Shown in pieces: positions 63,584 to 64,000 of a DNA stretch of 64,000 nt. Both the position numbers and the translations under genes were made by a program. This DNA is from Mytilus trossulus (Eukaryota). A model generated the notes under the pieces. That model was not told the DNA's origin and searched no databases. It saw only the letters and a program-made list of their open reading frames with translations. How positions within the stretch are numbered: position 1 is the stretch's first letter; each line of letters opens with the position of its first letter. Location: assembly GCF_036588685.1 (NCBI RefSeq), contig NC_086377.1:32798001-32862000 (forward strand). The letters are read 5' to 3'.

Positions 63584-64000
63584 GTTTGTACATAATTATC
63601 ATAATTAATTACTTGAAAACTCAATTTGTATGTTAAACTTACTACCAATGCAACTTCTCTCCATGACAATGTCAACTTGATTCGCACATCGTCTAGATTA
63701 ATGAATATGAATGAATACTTTATTGCAAAAAGCATATATATGCTATAGCAACGAAAAACATATTTACAACATGACAAATGACAAACAGCACAGCACAATA
63801 CATATAAATCATTACAAGAAAGCAAATAACATTAAGTAACAATATGTGACCACGCAGATTTTATGTAGTTACACAATTTTTTAATATGTAAAACAGACTT
63901 TGATTTAGATAGATACTGTAATTTAGTAAGGTTTGGCCAAGAACAATAGAATTTTGGCAAATATATAGGCCTAATTAATCTATAGGCAGGGCATACTGGT

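Overview
This is AT-rich eukaryotic genomic DNA with spliced genes; the repeat content and genes fit a bivalve mollusc, probably Mytilus (inference). No prokaryotic features or CRISPR array were found. There are four protein-coding loci. (1) A minus-strand secreted VWA-domain gene with four exons, running off the left edge; it resembles byssal PTMP1. (2) A 2060-aa protein with 11 C2H2 zinc fingers encoded in one exon, with probable 5'UTR exons up to about 39.9 kb. (3) A plus-strand type-I membrane protein with two divergent SUEL-lectin-like domains, an S/T-rich stalk, a TM helix and a 13-tyrosine tail; its apparent first exon is interrupted by a near-perfect palindromic insertion. (4) The start of a tandem paralog of (3). 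The rest is mostly mobile DNA: Penelope-like (probably Naiad-type) RT relics, Helentron-like elements with internal satellites, MITEs and a decayed DDE transposase. The main result is that the 3' region of the Penelope-like element, and two other short repeat families, carry a P5-type twister ribozyme core with compensatory pseudoknot changes. In all three families helix P1 is replaced by two tandem palindromes. Minimal hammerhead (retrozyme-type) repeats are also present. All structures were read by eye and none was computed.
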